From Phaeosaccion multiseriatum (lineage: Eukaryota; Protista; Ochrophyta, other classes), in the NCBI GenBank assembly GCA_965112735.1, contig OZ218950.1:2170001-2234000 (forward strand): DNA of 64,000 nt, in the 5' to 3' direction. Within the stretch, counting starts at the first letter, position 1; every line of letters begins with the position of its first letter. Below the pieces are notes generated by a model that did no database searches, was not told the origin of the DNA, and was given only the letters and a program-made list of their open reading frames with translations. The position numbers were made by a program, and so were the translations under genes. Shown in pieces: positions 60,821 to 64,000 of the stretch.

Positions 60821-62872
60821 TCACGCATCAGTCCTCGCTCTCTTTCGCGAGGGCTGTCCTTCGCGATCAGCCCCTTCTCCTCCTTCCCCCCCTCTGTCCG
60901 TCTCTTCCTGCAGCTCAAAGCCGTACTCGCTCATCAGAGCCTTCACCTCCCTCGACATGCTCTCCAGACAGAAGAAGTCCGCTGCCTGCAGGGCCTGCTT
61001 CGCTCTGACCTCGTCAAACAGCTTCGTGCGCTCCTTCCTCTTCCCACCACTGCTACTGCTACTGCTACTGCTGCTGCTGCCGCCTCCTGTGCCATCGCCA
61101 CCAATCTCCTGCCTTCCTTTGCCTCTCCTCCTCTTCCCTGCTGACCCTGGCCTTGTCGTCAGCAGCTCCTCCACGCTGCCCGTGGTGACGAACTTGACCA
61201 CAGCTTCAAAGCCCTCCTCGGTAAAGCCCACCCCATCACACTTCAGTTCCACCTCCTTCCTCTTGCCCTTGCCTTTGCCCGTTCCCTTCCCGCTGCCCAT
61301 GAAGCCGCGCTCGGCGGGGTCAAGTAAAGTGGAGAGAATGCCCGCTGGCGAGGAGCGGTCGCTGGTGCTCGGAGAACGTTCTCCTCCTCCTTCCCTGACC
61401 TTCTCCATGAGCTGCTCCACCAGAGGGATGCTCAAAGCGTACAGCTTCTCTCCCTTCGCACCGCTCACTTTGTCCACCAGTCGTACATCAACTTCCTCAC
61501 CGCTGCCGCCCAGCATGGAGTAATGTTCCGCTACGGTGTCGAATCTGTCCGCGACAGCATCTCGCTCCCCTCTGGCCTTGTTGAGAAACGAGGCAATGAC
61601 CCCACTGAAGCCGCTCTGTGCAGCCAAATCCAAGACCTTCGCGTCCACAGCAGCCCCCATCTTGAGGAGAAACATGGCCACCTCCTCGCGGTCCTCCTTG
61701 CTTCCTGCTTCAGTTTGGAAATCCTCCAGCGTCTTTGACATGTCTTCTTCATCAGGATGCATGCAGGCCATCAAAGGGCTTTGCTCGGTGTCCGTGAGAG
61801 CATCGATCTCAGCCCCTGCCTCCACCAGCAGATAGACATCCTCCATGCTGCCCAAAGCCGCGGCCATATGCAGGGGTGTCACTGCAGTTATGTCCTTCAC
61901 CTTGACAGACGCACCAGCCCATATGAGCTCGGCAACGATCTTCGCGTGACCCTTGGATACCGCCCCGAAGAGGGGTGTGCTACCATTATCATCAGCCAAG
62001 TCCAGGGACGCGCCACGGTGAATGAGATCCTTCGCACACGACAAATGTCCAAAGCAGCAAGCCCAAAAAAGCGGCGTCCTCATATCATCGCGTCTGGAAT
62101 CAAGCTGCAAACCTTCCTCTAGCAACAAGGGGATGCACTGCTCATTGCCATACTTTGCGGTGAGGTGTAGGAGGCTACTGCCAGTGTCCGTCTTGACGTT
62201 CACATCGGCGCCGCTCTTGAGCAGCAAAGGCAGGCTGTCCCTCCTCCCTCTCGCATCCCCATTCTCCCCCATGCATAAGACCTGGGCTGCCGTGCGATCT
62301 TCGCTGTTCTTCTCATTTGGGTCGGCCCTCGCCTTGAGCAGCAGCTTCACACACTCAGAGCTCCCGCAAGAGGCTGCGTCATGCAAGGCATATCTGCCTG
62401 CCACTGCCGCCCCGTGCCGCAGCAAGTACCACACGATGAGGGTGTGACCTCCATGAGCAGCACAAGCGAGAGAAGACCATGCATACTTGTCTTCCCCGTT
62501 GACATCTACACCCGCCTCCACCAGCCCCTTGACCAGGCCAAAGTTCCCCTCCCAAGCAGAGTCGTGCAGAGCATTTCCACTTTCAGAGACGTCCAAGCCG
62601 CACTTACGCAGCAGCCTGAAGCTATCCAGCATATTCAGGCCCCTCTCCTCCGAGCACCGTGCCTTCTTGCTCTTCTTGTCCATGTCGAGCAGGGCATCCA
62701 GGGGAGTGTAGCCCTTCTTCTTTGGGGTGTTGAGATCAACTGCAACCAAGACAACCTTGAGCAGGAGGAGGAGATGCTCTGTGCTGCTGCCCCAGCCTGC
62801 CGCCTCCCTCTCCTTGGCGCCCTCATACCACTCGTCAACATGAGCCGCAGTCTCTTCCCAATGTGGAGGCAT
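60821..62872 (-). CDS. Ankyrin-repeat protein with degenerate C-terminal BTB/POZ-like domain
   Basis: About 9-10 ankyrin repeats (ALHDSA, TPLFWA, TPLFGA, TPLHMA...), then DVRLV..FEAVVKFVTTG..ALQAADFFCL. Start codon uncertain. Confidence 0.88.
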   Translation of the reverse strand: MPPHWEETAAHVDEWYEGAKEREAAGWGSSTEHLLLLLKVVLVAVDLNTPKKKGYTPLDALLDMDKKSKKARCSEERGLNMLDSFRLLRKCGLDVSESGNALHDSAWEGNFGLVKGLVEAGVDVNGEDKYAWSSLACAAHGGHTLIVWYLLRHGAAVAGRYALHDAASCGSSECVKLLLKARADPNEKNSEDRTAAQVLCMGENGDARGRRDSLPLLLKSGADVNVKTDTGSSLLHLTAKYGNEQCIPLLLEEGLQLDSRRDDMRTPLFWACCFGHLSCAKDLIHRGASLDLADDNGSTPLFGAVSKGHAKIVAELIWAGASVKVKDITAVTPLHMAAALGSMEDVYLLVEAGAEIDALTDTEQSPLMACMHPDEEDMSKTLEDFQTEAGSKEDREEVAMFLLKMGAAVDAKVLDLAAQSGFSGVIASFLNKARGERDAVADRFDTVAEHYSMLGGSGEEVDVRLVDKVSGAKGEKLYALSIPLVEQLMEKVREGGGERSPSTSDRSSPAGILSTLLDPAERGFMGSGKGTGKGKGKRKEVELKCDGVGFTEEGFEAVVKFVTTGSVEELLTTRPGSAGKRRRGKGRQEIGGDGTGGGSSSSSSSSSSGGKRKERTKLFDEVRAKQALQAADFFCLESMSREVKALMSEYGFELQEETDRGGEGGEGADREGQPSRKRARTDA

Positions 62873-63197
62873 CCTGGTTGAAGGAGGGTTGTGTTGAGCA
62901 ATTCAAACGCCGCCTTGAGCAAAGGAAAGCCGTTGAGACTCAAAGCAAGAACGAAAGACGGAGAAAGAGGTCAGCGAGAGAGTGTGTGTGTTTGGGGGGG
63001 GGGGGGGGGTGCAGAGGGATAGAGAGAGAGGGTGTGGGGGGGGTGTAGAGGAGAGAGAGGAGGGAGTGAGTCGACCGCCGAGCGAGAGTGAGGTTTCCGG
63101 GCTCCCGATCACAGTTGGCTATGCCGAAGCACCAGCTTCTTCATGGCACTTGGGATCGATCGGGCTCGATCTTTTTTTCCCTATCCATACGAGTCGT

Positions 63198-64000
63198 ATG
63201 GGGCTGGCAAATGGCGCCGTGTCCTTTTTCATGCTCTGCCTATGGTGCCACCTCTCCACTTGGGTTGCGTGCTTCGCATCACCCACGTCCTCGGTATCAC
63301 AGGCAACGGCGCCACCGGCACCACTTCGGCGGCCGAATGGCGGTCCGAATAGCGCCATTAATTCTCCTGGCGCAAAGCTGTTGCAGTGGTGCGAGGCGCA
63401 AGAGGGTGTGCAGACGAGTAAGCTGATGTGCGAGGACCACGAAGGGGAGGGTGTGGGTTTAGTGGCTGCCACGGCCTTGGCACAGCACGAATGCTTCCTC
63501 TCCTTCCCGCTTCGGATGTGCATCGCACCATCTGCATGGGAGGAAACGCAGCTCGGAAGGAGGCTGAAACTTGAAGGTTTGCTTTCGATGGAGGCGATTG
63601 AGAGAGGGAGTGAGGATGATCCGTGGTCCCTTTACCCTCTCTTTGGCAGAGGGGAGAGACAGCTATGCCTGTGGATGCTCTTGGCATCAAGGGAAGAAAG
63701 GGCAGAAGGAGCTCAAGGTGAGAGACACTTGCAAGATGGCACAACCGTTTCTTTTGCGTGTCACTCTGGGGGGGCGAACGGTCGATCAGGTCGTGTTTCA
63801 GATCTTCCTGCCGAGTCAACGTGGCTCCCTCCTTTCGGTTGGTGAATCTGTGTCTTCCCTCCATTGATGAACCTCCTCCTCCCTGTCTGACTCGTCTTCA
63901 AGCGCTGGACTTTCTGCAGCTGGGCGTTATGCAGGGTTCAAGGGCCGGGCTTGTTGACCGTGAATGCATCAATGAAGACCGAGAGGAGGAGGAGGAGGAG
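63198..64000 (+). CDS. Probable Rubisco-LSMT-type SET-domain protein with plastid-type leader, 3' truncated
   Basis: Hydrophobic leader ...STWVAC-FASP, then LLQWCEAQEG..GEGVGLVAATAL..FLSFPLRMCI..LCLWMLL, typical of the N-terminal SET half. Confidence 0.6.

Overview
Eukaryotic, intron-rich nuclear DNA. Bipartite signal/ASAFAP-type plastid leaders and a mannitol dehydrogenase point to a photosynthetic stramenopile (ochrophyte); this assignment is inference. About 15 protein genes, in order: mannitol(-1-P) dehydrogenase (5' truncated), ribonucleotide reductase large subunit, a 4-TM protein with a beta-adaptin-appendage-like tail, glutathionyl-hydroquinone reductase, Strawberry notch with a PHD finger, a COG0523/CobW metallochaperone, a Sec7-PH-PH ARF-GEF, COQ6, a bacterial-type MFS transporter, a cyclin T/K-like protein, BCD1/ZNHIT6, a C2orf81-like protein, PP2C, an ankyrin-BTB protein and a partial SET protein. 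There is also one solitary 5S rRNA gene. Most of the six-frame ORFs supplied are microsatellite artefacts. The most unusual structures are: (1) a ~500 bp near-perfect fold-back with a ~4-nt loop downstream of RNR, built from what looks like a coding fragment; (2) an RNR R1 with a ~320 aa in-frame leader starting with a signal-peptide-like segment; (3) a dispersed 5S gene preceded by an array of repeated motifs; (4) introns whose 5' and 3' ends carry complementary simple repeats. Exon coordinates were read by eye and may be off by a few bases. No database searches were run.
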